Shown piece after piece: positions 1 to 11,982 of a stretch of 64,000 nucleotides of DNA. Source of the stretch: Thermodesulfobacteriota bacterium (lineage in GTDB: Bacteria > Desulfobacterota > Desulfarculia > JACQYL01). Both the position numbers and the translations under genes were made by a program. The notes under the pieces are model-generated. The model did not search any database. It had not been told where the DNA came from and saw only the letters and a program-made list of their open reading frames with translations. Position 1 is the stretch's first letter. Every line of letters starts with the position of its first letter. The stretch lies in the NCBI GenBank assembly GCA_963675595.2, contig CAXXLZ010000002.1, positions 2,080,001-2,144,000 of the forward strand. Direction: 5' to 3'.

Positions 1-1102
1 GGGCCTCTTCTCGATCCTTCACCTTATCCAAGGCCAGTGTGTCCCTGAGGGCGGTGGATTGATCCGGTCGATTCACATAGAGAAGCCTCAATTCCCGTAC
101 TCCGGCTCCCAGTACCTTCTCTAGAAGCTCCGGCGTGAGCTCGTCATTGGTCTCGGCAACCACTTCCCCTGTTGAATCATCCACCGCGTCCCGCGCGAGA
201 TAGCGGCCGATGAGATCCTCAAGACGGCCTTCCACCTTACGCACACCCGCCGCCTCCAGCTTGGACAGCGCTGATTTGGTGAAACGTCTGTCCTTGGCCA
301 GAATCACTTCGTTGGACTCGGGATCCGTGACGTCGGCGGCAGCCTTGTCTCCTAAGAGTACCGCGGGATTAACCTCCCTCCATACCTGTTCCCCCTCCAG
401 GAGCACGTCTTCTTGAAGATAGAACGTATCGAGGAGACTCTCTTTGTCATAACCCAGCGCTTTGAGGAACAACGTCACCGGGAACTTGCGCCTTCGATCG
501 ATGCGGACGTACAAAATGTCTTTGGCATCGAATTCGAGATCGATCCAGGAACCCCGCAAAGGAATGATGCGCGCGGAGTAGAGTAGTTTTCCACTCGAAT
601 GCGTCTTTCCTCGATCATGATCGAAGAATATACCCGGGCTTCGATGAAGCTGGCTGACGATCACTCTTTCGGTTCCGTTCACAATGAACGTCCCGTTTTC
701 GGTCATCAACGGGATGGTACCGAAGTAAATTTCTTGTTCCTTGATGTCCCGGATGCTGTGGGATCCGGTTTCCTTATCCACATCATAGACGGTCAGCCGA
801 ACCGTGAGTTTCACGGGGGCTTCATACGTCATACCGCGGGTAAGGCATTCGGACTTATCGTACTTCACATCCCCGAACTGGTACTTCACAAAATCCAAGG
901 ACGAAGTATTGCCGAAATCCCGGATGGGAAAAACGCTTTTAAACGCTCCCTGAAGACCTATGTCGTCGCGCTCATCCGGCGGTACATCTTTCTGCAGAAA
1001 TCGTTCGTACGAATCCCTCTGCATGTCGATGAGGTTGGGTATGTCAATTATCTTACTGATTTTACCGAAACTTTTACGGACCAGACGGCCATCAAGTGCC
1101 AT
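1..1102 (-). CDS. rpoB: RNA polymerase beta subunit, 5' part (runs off window edge)
   Basis: ATG at 1102 reads MALDGRLVRKSFGKISKIIDIPNLIDMQ; later NGTERVIVSQLHRSPG and RIIPLRGSWISNSMPK-region motifs typical of RpoB; downstream of rplL. Confidence 0.97.
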   Translation of the reverse strand, partial: MALDGRLVRKSFGKISKIIDIPNLIDMQRDSYERFLQKDVPPDERDDIGLQGAFKSVFPIRDFGNTSSLDFVKYQFGDVKYDKSECLTRGMTYEAPVKLTVRLTVYDVDKETGSHSIRDIKEQEIYFGTIPLMTENGTFIVNGTERVIVSQLHRSPGIFFDHDRGKTHSSGKLLYSARIIPLRGSWIDLEFDAKDILYVRIDRRRKFPVTLFLKALGYDKESLLDTFYLQEDVLLEGEQVWREVNPAVLLGDKAAADVTDPESNEVILAKDRRFTKSALSKLEAAGVRKVEGRLEDLIGRYLARDAVDDSTGEVVAETNDELTPELLEKVLGAGVRELRLLYVNRPDQSTALRDTLALDKVKDREEA

Positions 1103-1455
1103 AGTTCGGTACCCTCTTAAAAGGCTGATCGGAGTTCTTGTTTTCTGGTGACAAGAAGGCCCTTAATCCCTAAGGAATGAAGAGGCTTTGAGTGATGGAA
1201 ACGACGTGCCGGCCTGTGCGGGCGTAGGAAAGGGAAAAAGACGTTCGACCGTGCACAAACCATGATCGAGGCTGTCGGAAGTCGAGAACGATCGGCGTAT
1301 CGGACAGGAACGGAAAACCACGGCCAACCTCACGGCGCACTGTTCCCTTTCTCCCGACGGAAGCGACAACCATCGTTTCACTTTCGTCGCGGATCCATGA
1401 ACACTGTGTCCGTGAGGTCTTCACCCGACGATCCGGCGTGCGGCGGGGAATAAGA

Positions 1456-1848
1456 CTACTTAATCTCCACCGAAGCACCGGCTTCTTCCAATTGCTTCTT
1501 GATGTCTTCCGCTTCTTCTTTGACCACGCCTTCCTTGATCGGACCGGGAATCTTTTCAACCATTTCCTTGGCTTCCTTCAAGCCGAGTCCGGTGATGGCG
1601 CGCACCACCTTGATCACCTGAATCTTCTGCGAACCGAAGCTGGTGAGAATTACGTCAAACTCGGTCTTCTCTTCGACTTCCGCGGCAGCCTCTCCGCCGG
1701 CCACTCCGGGCATGGCGGCCATAGCCACGGGCGCCGCAGCCGTTACACCGAATTTTTCTTCCAACTCCTTAATCATTTCCGACAGGTCAAGCACCGTCAT
1801 GTTGGAAATGAAGTCGATTACGTCTTCTTTGGTTATATTAGCTGCCAT
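1456..1848 (-). CDS. rplL: 50S ribosomal protein L7/L12
   Basis: [30 protein letters not shown] motifs; synteny. Confidence 0.99.
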   Translation of the reverse strand: MAANITKEDVIDFISNMTVLDLSEMIKELEEKFGVTAAAPVAMAAMPGVAGGEAAAEVEEKTEFDVILTSFGSQKIQVIKVVRAITGLGLKEAKEMVEKIPGPIKEGVVKEEAEDIKKQLEEAGASVEIK

Positions 1849-1927
1849 CGCTATGCCCTCCTTAAGTTAGATCCTGACCAATACCGATGGGGTTCGGGAT
1901 ACGGCGCACAACTCGATGTCCCGAGGA

Positions 1928-2455
1928 TCAGGAGCTCTCGCCTTCCTTCTTGTCCCTGACCGCAACCAGGGTCCCCATAAATTTCTGCAAAACCCCCGCG
2001 AGTACCCGTACAAAACCGGTCGGCACTGCGTTCATCGCCGACAACATCTGGGCGAGCAGCACATCTCTCTCCGGCAGCTTGCCCAACTCGCCGACATCCT
2101 TTTCCGAAAGAACCCGATCCGAAAGGATTCCCCCCTTGACCTGAAGGTGCTGATTCTTCTTCATAAACTCAGTAATCACCTTCGCGGTCGAGGCGGCGTC
2201 CTTGTACACCAGCGCCAGCGCCACGGGCCCCTTAAACAAGTCCCTCATCTTGTCCTGCGGGGTGTCTTGACTGGCCAGTCTCAAAAGGGTGTTTTTGACT
2301 ACCTTGAACTCCGTGCCCGTCTCACGCAGATCGGCGCGCAGCCGATTCATGGCATCGACGGTGAGCCCCTTGTAGTCCGTAACTACCGTCATGCGGCTCC
2401 TCGAAAGCCGTTCTTTCAGGTCCTCGACGACCTGTGCTTTCTCTTGTCGATTCAA
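1928..2455 (-). CDS. rplJ: 50S ribosomal protein L10
   Basis: DYKGLTV...LR...FKVVKNTLL motif; synteny. Confidence 0.98.
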   Translation of the reverse strand: MNRQEKAQVVEDLKERLSRSRMTVVTDYKGLTVDAMNRLRADLRETGTEFKVVKNTLLRLASQDTPQDKMRDLFKGPVALALVYKDAASTAKVITEFMKKNQHLQVKGGILSDRVLSEKDVGELGKLPERDVLLAQMLSAMNAVPTGFVRVLAGVLQKFMGTLVAVRDKKEGESS

Positions 2456-2481
2456 AGCTCCATCCCTCCTTCCCCGAACGG

Positions 2482-3189
2482 CTACTGCCTTGCGAGGGCA
2501 CGCACTTCGTTGGGGTCGATCTTCACGCCGGGGCCCATAGTGGTCGAGATGGCGATGCCCCGGAGGTAGGTACCTTTGCTGGTCGTCGGTTTGGCTCGGA
2601 CGATGACGTCAAAGAAAGAGGCCAGATTCTCGATGAGTTTCTCCGATCCGAAAGACACCTTGCCCATGGGAGCATGAACGACGCCGGTACGGTCGACGCG
2701 GAACTCGATCTTCCCCGCCTTGAGTTCACGCACGGCTTTGGCCACTTCGAAAGTCACCGTCCCCACTTTGGCATTGGGCATCAAACCACGAGGGCCCAAC
2801 AGCCTCCCCAGCTTCCCGACCATACCCATGACATCCGGCGTTGCCACGGCCTTGTCGAATTCCAGCCAGCCCCCCTGGACTTTTTCCACCAGTTCTTCCG
2901 CACCCGCATAGTCGGCGCCGGCGTCCATGGCTTCCTTTTCTTTTTCGCCCTTGGCGAACACCAGGACTCGAGCGGTTCTTCCCGTGCCGTGCGGCAGCAC
3001 TACGGTGCCTCGAACCATCTGGTCCGCGTGCCTAGGATCCACGCCCAACCGCACGGCAACGTCCACGGATTCATCAAATTTGGCGAAGGAGCTTACCAGT
3101 GCCAGAGCCACTCCCTCCTCGAAGGAATATTTCTTCAACCGGTCCAGCTTTTCTCTCGCGTTCCGAAGGTTTTTTCCTCTTGTCGGCAT
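2482..3189 (-). CDS. rplA: 50S ribosomal protein L1
   Basis: [48 protein letters not shown]. Confidence 0.99.
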   Translation of the reverse strand: MPTRGKNLRNAREKLDRLKKYSFEEGVALALVSSFAKFDESVDVAVRLGVDPRHADQMVRGTVVLPHGTGRTARVLVFAKGEKEKEAMDAGADYAGAEELVEKVQGGWLEFDKAVATPDVMGMVGKLGRLLGPRGLMPNAKVGTVTFEVAKAVRELKAGKIEFRVDRTGVVHAPMGKVSFGSEKLIENLASFFDVIVRAKPTTSKGTYLRGIAISTTMGPGVKIDPNEVRALARQ

Positions 3190-3213
3190 AGCCTTGACTC
3201 CGTCGTCCCCTGT

Positions 3214-3636
3214 TTAGATCACTTCGATACCCATGCTGCGGGCCGTGCCACTCACGATATTGACCGCGCCGGCCAGATCGACGGCGTTCAGGTCCGGCAT
3301 TTTCAGCTTGGCGATGTCTTCCACCTGCGATTTCGTGACTTTGGCAACCTTCACCCGATTGGGTTCGGACGAGCCTTTCGTTATGTTGGCGGCCTGCTTG
3401 AGCAGAATGCTCACCGGCGGCGTTTTCGTAATGAAGGTGAAGGACCGGTCGGCGTAAACCGTAATCACCACCGGAGTAATGGTTCCGTCCTGGTCCTTGG
3501 TCCTGGCGTTGAACGCCTTGCAGAAGTCCATGATGTTCACGCCGTGCTGACCTAATGCGGGCCCAATCGGTGGGGACGGATTCGCCTGCCCCGCAGGGAC
3601 TTGAAGCTTGATATTTGCAACCACTTTTTTGGCCAT
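3214..3636 (-). CDS. rplK: 50S ribosomal protein L11
   Basis: [37 protein letters not shown]. Confidence 0.99.
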   Translation of the reverse strand: MAKKVVANIKLQVPAGQANPSPPIGPALGQHGVNIMDFCKAFNARTKDQDGTITPVVITVYADRSFTFITKTPPVSILLKQAANITKGSSEPNRVKVAKVTKSQVEDIAKLKMPDLNAVDLAGAVNIVSGTARSMGIEVI

Positions 3637-3762
3637 TCGTTATGCTCCTTCTTCGCCCTCACCCATCCTCAACCTGCCCCTTGGGAATTTGGAGGCACGG
3701 ACATTGACGAACCCGAATTCACCGCCGTCGAAATTTCTTACGCCGGTCACCCTCCATCGGAA

Positions 3763-4293
3763 TCACATGCCGGTCACTTGGATGAAGTCCAGCTCCACGG
3801 GTGTGGACCTTCCAAAAATACTGATCAAAACTCGCAGCTTACCCTTTTCGGGTTTCACTTCTTCCACGACGCCCGTGAAATTGGAGAACGGTCCGTCAAT
3901 CACCCGCACTTCATCGCCCTCGGCAAAGGCATACTTAGGTTTGGGCTGTACCGTACCCGTTTCAATCTGCGAAATAATCGCCTTTGCCTCTTCATCCGGA
4001 ATCGGAATAGGTAAAGTGCCGTCTCCGATGAACCCCGTAATCTTCGGGGTTTCCTGCACGAGGTGCCACGAATCCTCGTTCATAACCATTCGAACCAGTA
4101 CATAACCGGGATAGAACTTCCTTGAAGAAGTCTTTCTTTCTCCCTTTACCAGTTCAACGACTTGTTCCGTGGGAACCAGAACCCCCTCGAAATACTCTTC
4201 CATGTGGTGAGATCGAATGCGCTCTTCCAGGGCGTTTTTCACCTTGTTCTCGTAGCCCGAATAGGTATGAATGATGTACCACTTCATATCCAT
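3763..4293 (-). CDS. nusG: transcription termination/antitermination factor NusG
   Basis: WYIIHTYSGYENKVK, FYPGYVLV, KOW GPFSNFTG, IFGRSTPVEL. Confidence 0.99.
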   Translation of the reverse strand: MDMKWYIIHTYSGYENKVKNALEERIRSHHMEEYFEGVLVPTEQVVELVKGERKTSSRKFYPGYVLVRMVMNEDSWHLVQETPKITGFIGDGTLPIPIPDEEAKAIISQIETGTVQPKPKYAFAEGDEVRVIDGPFSNFTGVVEEVKPEKGKLRVLISIFGRSTPVELDFIQVTGM

Positions 4294-4302
4294 GCGAATT
4301 TC

Positions 4303-4683
4303 CTAGCGCATCACGGTGGTGAGAGCTTTTGTGAGGCCGGCATCCACCAATCCCAAATAAAGAGCCAGAATTCCCACGAGGACCAGCACCACCGCCGTGG
4401 TACCCATCGCTTCTTTTCTGGAAGGCCAAGTCACCTTCCGCAATTCGACCTTCACTTCCCTCAAGAACTGCCGAGCCTTATCAATCCATTGTACCTTTTC
4501 GGCTCCGTTCTTGGATTTCTTGCCCGAAGGTTTCTGCGACCCCTTATCCTTCTTCGCCTTCGCGGGACCGGTCTTCTGAGCCTTCCCCACGTCGGCGGAC
4601 TTATTCTTCCCGGAGTTGCGAACTCCGGCCGCCTTTGCGGGTTTTGCCGCGACGTTTTCGCTCTGTCTTTCCGGTTTCGCCAT
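4303..4683 (-). CDS. secE: preprotein translocase SecE with Lys/Ala-rich N-terminal extension
   Basis: FLREVKVELRKVTWPSRKE plus one TM helix; start moved to ATG 4683 because the longer ORF overlaps tRNA-Trp. Confidence 0.95.
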   Translation of the reverse strand: MAKPERQSENVAAKPAKAAGVRNSGKNKSADVGKAQKTGPAKAKKDKGSQKPSGKKSKNGAEKVQWIDKARQFLREVKVELRKVTWPSRKEAMGTTAVVLVLVGILALYLGLVDAGLTKALTTVMR

Positions 4684-4719
4684 TTGTGCGCGTCTCACGG
4701 TCGTATAAGGGTATAAAAA

Positions 4720-4796
4720 TGGCAGGCCAGGAGGGATTCGAACCCCCATCACCCGGATTTGGAGTCCGGTGCTCTAGCCGTTAGAGCTACTGGCCT
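4720..4796 (-). tRNA. tRNA-Trp (CCA)
   Basis: AGGCCAGTAGCTCTAACGG...CTCCAAA...GGTTCGAATCC...GGCCTGCCA cloverleaf. Confidence 0.97.
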
Positions 4797-4828
4797 GCAA
4801 AGAAAACCCGCAATCACCCAACAGGCGC

Positions 4829-4978
4829 TTACTTCGCTTCTTTATGCACGGTGTGCGTATGGCAGAAGCGGCAGTACTTTTTGAACTCGAGTTTGTCGGG
4901 GGTCCGTCTCTTATTCTTCGTCGTCGTGTAGTTCCGCTGCTTGCATTCCGTACAGCGCAGGGTGACGATGTCTCTCAT
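4829..4978 (-). CDS. rpmG: 50S ribosomal protein L33 (Zn-ribbon type; not in ORF track)
   Basis: Manual translation [49 protein letters not shown]. Confidence 0.97.
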   Translation of the reverse strand: MRDIVTLRCTECKQRNYTTTKNKRRTPDKLEFKKYCRFCHTHTVHKEAK

Positions 4979-4997
4979 GGCCGAACTCCAAATCCTT

Positions 4998-6191
<1,194 letters not shown>

Positions 6192-6232
6192 GACGGTTCC
6201 TCCTTAAAGCCTTGTACACTCGAAAAGTATAA

Positions 6233-6309
6233 TGGAGCCCACGACCGGGCTCGAACCGGTGAACCTCTTCCTTACCAAGGAAGTGCTCTACCTACTGAGC
6301 TACGTGGGC
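6233..6309 (-). tRNA. tRNA-Thr (GGT)
   Basis: GCCCACGTAGCTCAG...CTTGGTAAG...GGTTCGAGCCC...CTCCA. Confidence 0.96.
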
Positions 6310-6318
6310 TTAAAAGTT

Positions 6319-6395
6319 TGGAGCGGGAAACGGGACTCGAACCCGCGACCCTCAGCTTGGAAGGCTGACGCTCTAGCCGACTGAGCTATTCCCGC
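6319..6395 (-). tRNA. tRNA-Gly (TCC)
   Basis: GCGGGAATAGCTCAG...CTTCCAAG...GGTTCGAGTCCC...CTCCA. Confidence 0.96.
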
Positions 6396-6470
6396 TTACG
6401 TGTCGACCTTGAGGTTTCCAAGGATTGTAGTATGCGATGATTCATCTCCTACACGCCTCGAATCTGTTAG

Positions 6471-6555
6471 TGGTGGAGAGGGGAGGATTCGAACCTCCGA
6501 AGGCTGAGCCGACAGATTTACAGTCTGTTCCCTTTGGCCGCTCGGGAACCTCTCC
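6471..6555 (-). tRNA. tRNA-Tyr (GTA)
   Basis: GGAGAGGTTCCCGAGCGG...CTGTAAA, long variable arm, ends ACCA. Confidence 0.96.
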
Positions 6556-6626
6556 ACGGAAAAGGTGGGTTTATGACGGGTACGGGTGCTACTCGATCAT
6601 CAACCTACTCATTGATGTTTCATTCA

Positions 6627-6702
6627 TGGAGCTGGCGATGGGACTCGAACCCGCAACCGGCTGATTACAAATCAGCTGCTCTGCCATTTGAGCTACGCCA
6701 GC
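6627..6702 (-). tRNA. tRNA-Thr (TGT)
   Basis: GCTGGCGTAGCTCAAATGG...TTTGTAA...GGTTCGAGTCCC...CTCCA. Confidence 0.96.
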
Positions 6703-7012
6703 GAGTATGTTGAGAACCTCACCATACCGTAGGGTCGGGCGACTCCGGTTGACCGCTCCGCCCGAGCAATAAAGGAGGAGTGCTCCCCTCCCTCACTTTC
6801 GGAGTGAGTGTTCTAAATATCCATATCCAAAACGAAAGTAGACTTATACCTACCTGAGAAGCAGCAAGTCAAGAAAAAAATGCTCCGCCGTATTCATGAC
6901 TTCAAAATTTCATCTAGCCTCACCCATGAATCACGCATGGGACGGGGCCCCTCTCGGGCAACCTTTTGCCCCCGTCCCCGGTCGCACGCATCCCACCGCC
7001 GTAAGCTTCCCC

Positions 7013-8572
7013 TCAGGAGCGAGCAGCCGATGGGAAAAGGCTCGGGTCCGTATGCGGAATGAACTTGGCCGCGCTGAATAGACCCATGAAATGGGCGTTC
7101 ACGTTCAACTCCAGGTAGGTCACTTTTTCCGCGATACTCTCCACCTCCCCCATAAGCCTTCTGTCGGACAAAAACAAAGCCGCGCCCGCCAGCGAGCTGT
7201 TTCCCAAGGGAGTGTATCGTTCAAGGGGCAGGTCAGGAATCATTCCGATGCGTATGGCCATGGAAGGATCGATATAGGTGCCGAAAGTCCCCGCCACGAA
7301 AAACTTGTCCACGTCCCCGAATCCAAGCCCCACTTCCTCCACGATGGTGGTGAGGATGGTATACATCGCGGCCTTGGATCGGAGCAGGATATCCAAGTCC
7401 ACTTGGCTCAGACTCACATCACGGCCGTGGGCGGTCCCTGCTCCCGGAACAATAACGAACGCCCGGCCCTCATCGGTTTCCAGAATTCGTTCGTGATCCA
7501 TGCCCCGGATCTTGCCTCTCTGATCAATAACGTCGGAAGCGAACAGCTCGGCCACCAGATCGATGAGGCCCGAACCACAAATACCCGAGGGAAGCTCTCC
7601 GCCGATCACGGAAAACCGGGTTTCCAAAGTCTCCCGATCAATGCGTACGTGGTCGATGGCTCCCTCACCCGCCAACATGCCCATCTTGGCCACGCCGCCT
7701 TCCAAAGCAGGCCCCGCAGCCCCGGCACACGCGAGCAACCATTCCGAATTCCCCAGCACCACCTCCGCATTGGTACCTACATCCACCAGGAAGCACACAT
7801 CCGGACTCTTATGCAGCCCGGAAGAGAGAATCCCGGCGATCAGGTCGCCGCCGAAATAGCTCCCCACATTGGGAAACACGAACAACTCGGCGTTTGGATG
7901 AATGCCCAAACCGTGCACGGGTGCGGGCACCCAACCGGGACGGTTCACCACCGGGATATAGGGTTCCTTCCTGATATTGGAAGGATCAAGACCTAGAAGG
8001 AAATGAGTCATGGTGGTATTCCCCGCCACCGCGGCAACCCCGATGGAGCTCGGAGAAATGCCCAACTCACCACACATGGTATCCAGCGCGCCGTTGAAGC
8101 CGTCTCGCACCCGGCGCTGCAATGATTCCAACCCTCCGGGTCCTCCGGCGGACTGGATTCTCGACAAAATATCCGCGCCGGCTTCCGCCTGTGGGTTGGG
8201 AACCGTGCATTCACCGACCACCTCCCCGGTATCGCAATCCGTCAGGCGGCATACCAGAGTGGTTGTGCCTAAATCCATGGCGAGAGACAAATTCGGGGGT
8301 TTTGAGTCGTCGGAATACAGGTCGAGGAGCCTCCAGACTCCCTTCCTCCGGAAAAGCCTGGCGGACACACGGAAGTTCGACCTCCGGAGCAGCCCCGGTA
8401 TGCGCCCCCATGAGGAGCAGGGAATCTCCACCGGTTCCTGCAGAACTCGCGACAACTCCCGGCCGAGCCGCTCGACGTCGGCCGTGTTATCGCTCAAAGA
8501 CGGCGGCTCAAGCGCCGCCGCGCAATCGATCACCCATGCCTTTTCGTTCAGCGCGTCTGAAATCGCCTGCAT
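7013..8572 (-). CDS. ASKHA-domain corrinoid reductive activator (RACo/DUF4445 family)
   Basis: DLGTTT, VAGNTTMTH, DVGTNAEVVLG, AGPALEG, GICGSG, AGTFG, GNSSL motifs; start uncertain. Confidence 0.9.
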   Translation of the reverse strand: MQAISDALNEKAWVIDCAAALEPPSLSDNTADVERLGRELSRVLQEPVEIPCSSWGRIPGLLRRSNFRVSARLFRRKGVWRLLDLYSDDSKPPNLSLAMDLGTTTLVCRLTDCDTGEVVGECTVPNPQAEAGADILSRIQSAGGPGGLESLQRRVRDGFNGALDTMCGELGISPSSIGVAAVAGNTTMTHFLLGLDPSNIRKEPYIPVVNRPGWVPAPVHGLGIHPNAELFVFPNVGSYFGGDLIAGILSSGLHKSPDVCFLVDVGTNAEVVLGNSEWLLACAGAAGPALEGGVAKMGMLAGEGAIDHVRIDRETLETRFSVIGGELPSGICGSGLIDLVAELFASDVIDQRGKIRGMDHERILETDEGRAFVIVPGAGTAHGRDVSLSQVDLDILLRSKAAMYTILTTIVEEVGLGFGDVDKFFVAGTFGTYIDPSMAIRIGMIPDLPLERYTPLGNSSLAGAALFLSDRRLMGEVESIAEKVTYLELNVNAHFMGLFSAAKFIPHTDPSLFPSAARS

Positions 8573-8734
8573 ATTCCCCGTCCTTTCATGGGTTTCTTCG
8601 CTGCTGTGCGCGTGTACCAATCAGTCCATCAGGGTGTCAAGCCCCCGGCCCGTGTTGACCGCTTCGTTTCCTTATGCGACAATCCCCTATGGGTTGATTT
8701 TCTTTGCTTATCCCGAATCCTTCTCTTCCCGATA

Positions 8735-9580
8735 ATGGATCAGCCGGTGAAAACGGAACTTCGACTGGGCTTCTCCGGATGCCCCAACGACACGGCGATC
8801 TTCTTCGCCCTGATCACCGGAAGGGTCCCTTTTCCGGGCCCCCGTCTCCGTGAAACCATCCAGGACGTCGAGGCGTTGAATCAGTTGTGCCTCAATGGAA
8901 TCCTCGACGCGAGCAAGGTGTCCTTCCACGCGGCCGGGAGACTTCTGCGAGATTACGCCCTACTGCGCTCCGGGTCCGCCCTTGGGCGCGGATGCGGACC
9001 ACTCATCACGGCTCGTCCGGGGCGTTCCCTTCACGATCTCGCCTCGGGAAGCGTGGGTGTTCCCGGCAGATATACCACGGCTCAGCTCCTGCTGAATCTC
9101 TATTCCCCCGCTCCCTGTCGGGAAGTCCCCATGCTGTTCAGCGAAATCATGCCGGCGGTGGCGGACGGCCGGTTGGATTTCGGTTTGGTCATTCACGAAG
9201 GAAGATTCACCCTCTCTCGTTACGGCTTGGTCGCCCTGCTGGACCTTGGGGATTGGTGGGAAAGGAAGACCGGTTTACCCATCCCCTTGGGAGGGATTGT
9301 GATCAAGCGGTCCCTAGCGCATCTTGCCGCGTCCCTGGAAACGGCCATCCGAGAGAGCCTTCTTTACTACCGCGCTCACCCCGAAGCCGCGGCCCCTTTC
9401 ATCAAGATGCACGCCCAAGAATTGGACGCGGAGGTGATCCGAAGCCACATCGAACTCTATGTGAACGAGGAAACTCTTGGATTCAGCCGAGAAGGAGAAG
9501 AATCCGTTCGCACTCTGTTCCGGCTCGCTTCGGAACGAGGGCTGATTCCTGCGGTGGAAGACCCGTTGTTTTCGACCTGA
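8735..9580 (+). CDS. mqnD: 1,4-dihydroxy-6-naphthoate synthase (futalosine pathway)
   Basis: GFSGCPNDTAIF, DVEALN, GSALGRGCGP, VIHEGRFT, LPIPLGG, HIELYVN. Confidence 0.93.
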   Translation: MDQPVKTELRLGFSGCPNDTAIFFALITGRVPFPGPRLRETIQDVEALNQLCLNGILDASKVSFHAAGRLLRDYALLRSGSALGRGCGPLITARPGRSLHDLASGSVGVPGRYTTAQLLLNLYSPAPCREVPMLFSEIMPAVADGRLDFGLVIHEGRFTLSRYGLVALLDLGDWWERKTGLPIPLGGIVIKRSLAHLAASLETAIRESLLYYRAHPEAAAPFIKMHAQELDAEVIRSHIELYVNEETLGFSREGEESVRTLFRLASERGLIPAVEDPLFST

Positions 9581-9716
9581 AGCCGGAAGTCCGCTCTGAA
9601 CGCCCGGCGGCGCTCTTGATCGTCCGGAACAAATCCATCGGCGCTTCGATTTCCAAGTTGCCTTGTGAACCAAAGCATGATATCAGAAAATAGACGTATA
9701 AGGATCTTGAAATTCT

Positions 9717-10274
9717 ATGCATTTCAATCTGCTTGACATCGTCATCCTTCTGATCTTGGTGATCCTGGTCTTTCGTGGAATCCAGAAAGGATTCCTCCGG
9801 GACGTCTTTTCCGCTCTCGCCCTGATCGCCGCCTTCATGGGGGCTTCTTACCTCAGCAATGATATTGAGGAACTGCTCAAAGAGTTTCTCAAGTTCGAAT
9901 ACCTGAATTTTGTTTCCTACGGCATCGCGTTCATCGTGATTTACTGCGGCGTCGCCTTAGCCGGCTACTCCCTGAGACGGGCCCTGAACTTCGGTTTTTT
10001 CGGCTCTTTGGATCGGATTCTCGGCGCGGTCCTGGGAGGATTGAAGGCGGTATTGGTGGTTTCTTTCCTCCTTATTCTCCTCACCGCCTTCCTGGACAAG
10101 GATTCCCAGATCATACGCAAGTCCGGGCTCGCCAAATACGGACTCATGGTATCCAACCAAATCGTCAAGATGCTGCCCGACAAGTTCAGACAGCAATTCC
10201 AGGAGGGCATGGACGCGACCAGGCAGTACCGGAATATGATGGAGAAGAACCTGGATAAGCTGAAAGAACTCTGA
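9717..10274 (+). CDS. cvpA: CvpA family membrane protein
   Basis: LDIVIL...RGIQKGFLRD, LDRILGAVLGGLK; four TM segments. Confidence 0.85.
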   Translation: MHFNLLDIVILLILVILVFRGIQKGFLRDVFSALALIAAFMGASYLSNDIEELLKEFLKFEYLNFVSYGIAFIVIYCGVALAGYSLRRALNFGFFGSLDRILGAVLGGLKAVLVVSFLLILLTAFLDKDSQIIRKSGLAKYGLMVSNQIVKMLPDKFRQQFQEGMDATRQYRNMMEKNLDKLKEL

Positions 10275-10467
10275 TCATCGTCGATGGGATGAACCCTCAC
10301 AAGACTTCGGCGGCGAGCCGTCGGAGCCGTTTCACCTCGGAGACTTCCCAACCAAGCCCCTCACCCCGGCATCGGACGATCGTTCCGGACCTCTTTGGAC
10401 GCTGTAAGGGGAGCCGGTTTCTTTTTTCCGGGAGGCGGAGGGGGCTTTTGGAATCACTCGTAAGATC

Positions 10468-11982
10468 ATGAACTCCCTACAGTCGGAACACCCTTTTTCA
10501 AGGTTGCTGGAATTGATCCGAACCCTACGCGGGGAAAACGGATGTCCCTGGGACCGTATCCAGACCCCCGGTACCGTGATTCCCTACCTCCTTGAGGAAA
10601 CCTTTGAAGCTTTGGACGCCTTCGAAAAAGGCGACCCTCAAGAGTTCAAATCGGAACTAGGCGACCTCCTTTTTCAGATTCTCTTCCTGGCGGAAATGGA
10701 AAGCGAATCCAAGCGCTTTTCCATCGAGGATGTTTTGTCCTCCATTACAGAGAAGATGATCCGCCGACATCCACACGTCTTCGGCACGGATCAGGTTTCC
10801 GAAGTATCCCAAGTGGTGGAGGCTTGGCATCGGATCAAACAGGAAGAACGACGTGAAAAATCAGCCGGGCTCCTCGACTCCGTACCTCGAAACCTGCCCG
10901 CTCTGATGTTTGCTCACCGCGTGGGCCGGAAAGCCTCCAAAGCGGGATTCGATTGGCAGGACGTGGAAGGCGTCCTGGAAAAGATTGAGGAAGAGCTCGG
11001 AGAACTGCGCGAATCCATCCGCATCCACGGCACGGAGCACCCCTCGGTGAGGGAGGAATTGGGGGACCTGCTGTTCGCCGCGGCCAATCTTTCCAGGTTC
11101 CTGAATGTTCCGGCGGAATTCGCACTGCGCAACGCGGTTCGGAAATTCATCCGCAGATTCGAGCAGGCTTCGGCCGACCTCGAATCCGCCCATACGGAAC
11201 CTGAGTCCATTTCCGCTGAAGCTCTCGACGCCGTGTGGGAGAAAAGCAAGGCCTCGGAACAGGCTCAAATTTCTCGGGATCCGGAGTGGATCGCCCGAGC
11301 GGAGGAAAAGCTCGGGTATCGTTTCTCACAGCCCGATCTGTTGCGCCGAGCCTTCTGTCACGATTCCTACGCCAACGAGCACCCCGAAGAATTCAAGCAA
11401 AGCAACGAGCGGCTAGAATTTCTGGGAGATGCCGTGCTCTCTTTATTGACCTCGACCAGGCTTTATCATCGCTTCCCGGAGGCCCCGGAGGGCGACCTCT
11501 CCAAAAGGAGAGCGTCCCTGGTGAACGCCCAATCCTTGGCACGAGCCGCATCTGCGCTCGGTCTGGATGAGTTTGTTTTGCTGGGACGGGGAGAGGAAGC
11601 TTCCGGCGGACGGCGGAAAGACTCCATCCTTTCCGACGTCATGGAATCCGTTTTGGGAGCGCTCTATTTGGACGGAGGGACGGAAGCTGCGGCCACTCTG
11701 GTGGAAAGGGCGCTTGGGGAGAAGATTCGTTCCGGCGACGCGGAACCCGGGAATCCGGACTACAAGAGCCGTCTCCAGGAAACCACCTACGCGCTCTTCA
11801 AACTTCTGCCCGAGTATCTACTTATTGATGAACAGGGACCGGACCACGACAAGACCTTCTGGGTGGAATCGCAGCTGGACGGCCGCTCCCTGGCGGTGGG
11901 GGCCGGACGAACCAAGAAGGACGCGGCGCAGCAGGCGGCTCGCGCAGCCCTCAGGAGGATCGAAAGCGGTTGGCGCCCTTAA
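10468..11982 (+). CDS. MazG nucleoside triphosphate pyrophosphohydrolase fused to ribonuclease III
   Basis: N-half GCPWDRIQT...EE..E...ELGDLL...RRHPHVF (MazG, two lobes); C-half NERLEFLGDAVL, E...GALYLDGG, dsRBD DYKSRLQE...G.TKKDA.Q.AA. Confidence 0.92.
   Translation: MNSLQSEHPFSRLLELIRTLRGENGCPWDRIQTPGTVIPYLLEETFEALDAFEKGDPQEFKSELGDLLFQILFLAEMESESKRFSIEDVLSSITEKMIRRHPHVFGTDQVSEVSQVVEAWHRIKQEERREKSAGLLDSVPRNLPALMFAHRVGRKASKAGFDWQDVEGVLEKIEEELGELRESIRIHGTEHPSVREELGDLLFAAANLSRFLNVPAEFALRNAVRKFIRRFEQASADLESAHTEPESISAEALDAVWEKSKASEQAQISRDPEWIARAEEKLGYRFSQPDLLRRAFCHDSYANEHPEEFKQSNERLEFLGDAVLSLLTSTRLYHRFPEAPEGDLSKRRASLVNAQSLARAASALGLDEFVLLGRGEEASGGRRKDSILSDVMESVLGALYLDGGTEAAATLVERALGEKIRSGDAEPGNPDYKSRLQETTYALFKLLPEYLLIDEQGPDHDKTFWVESQLDGRSLAVGAGRTKKDAAQQAARAALRRIESGWRP

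Noticed and set aside
7013-8572. RACo protein lacking an N-terminal 2Fe-2S domain as a truncation or novelty
   Set aside because: The ASKHA core is intact and, as I recall, ferredoxin-less members are common; no sign of disruption.
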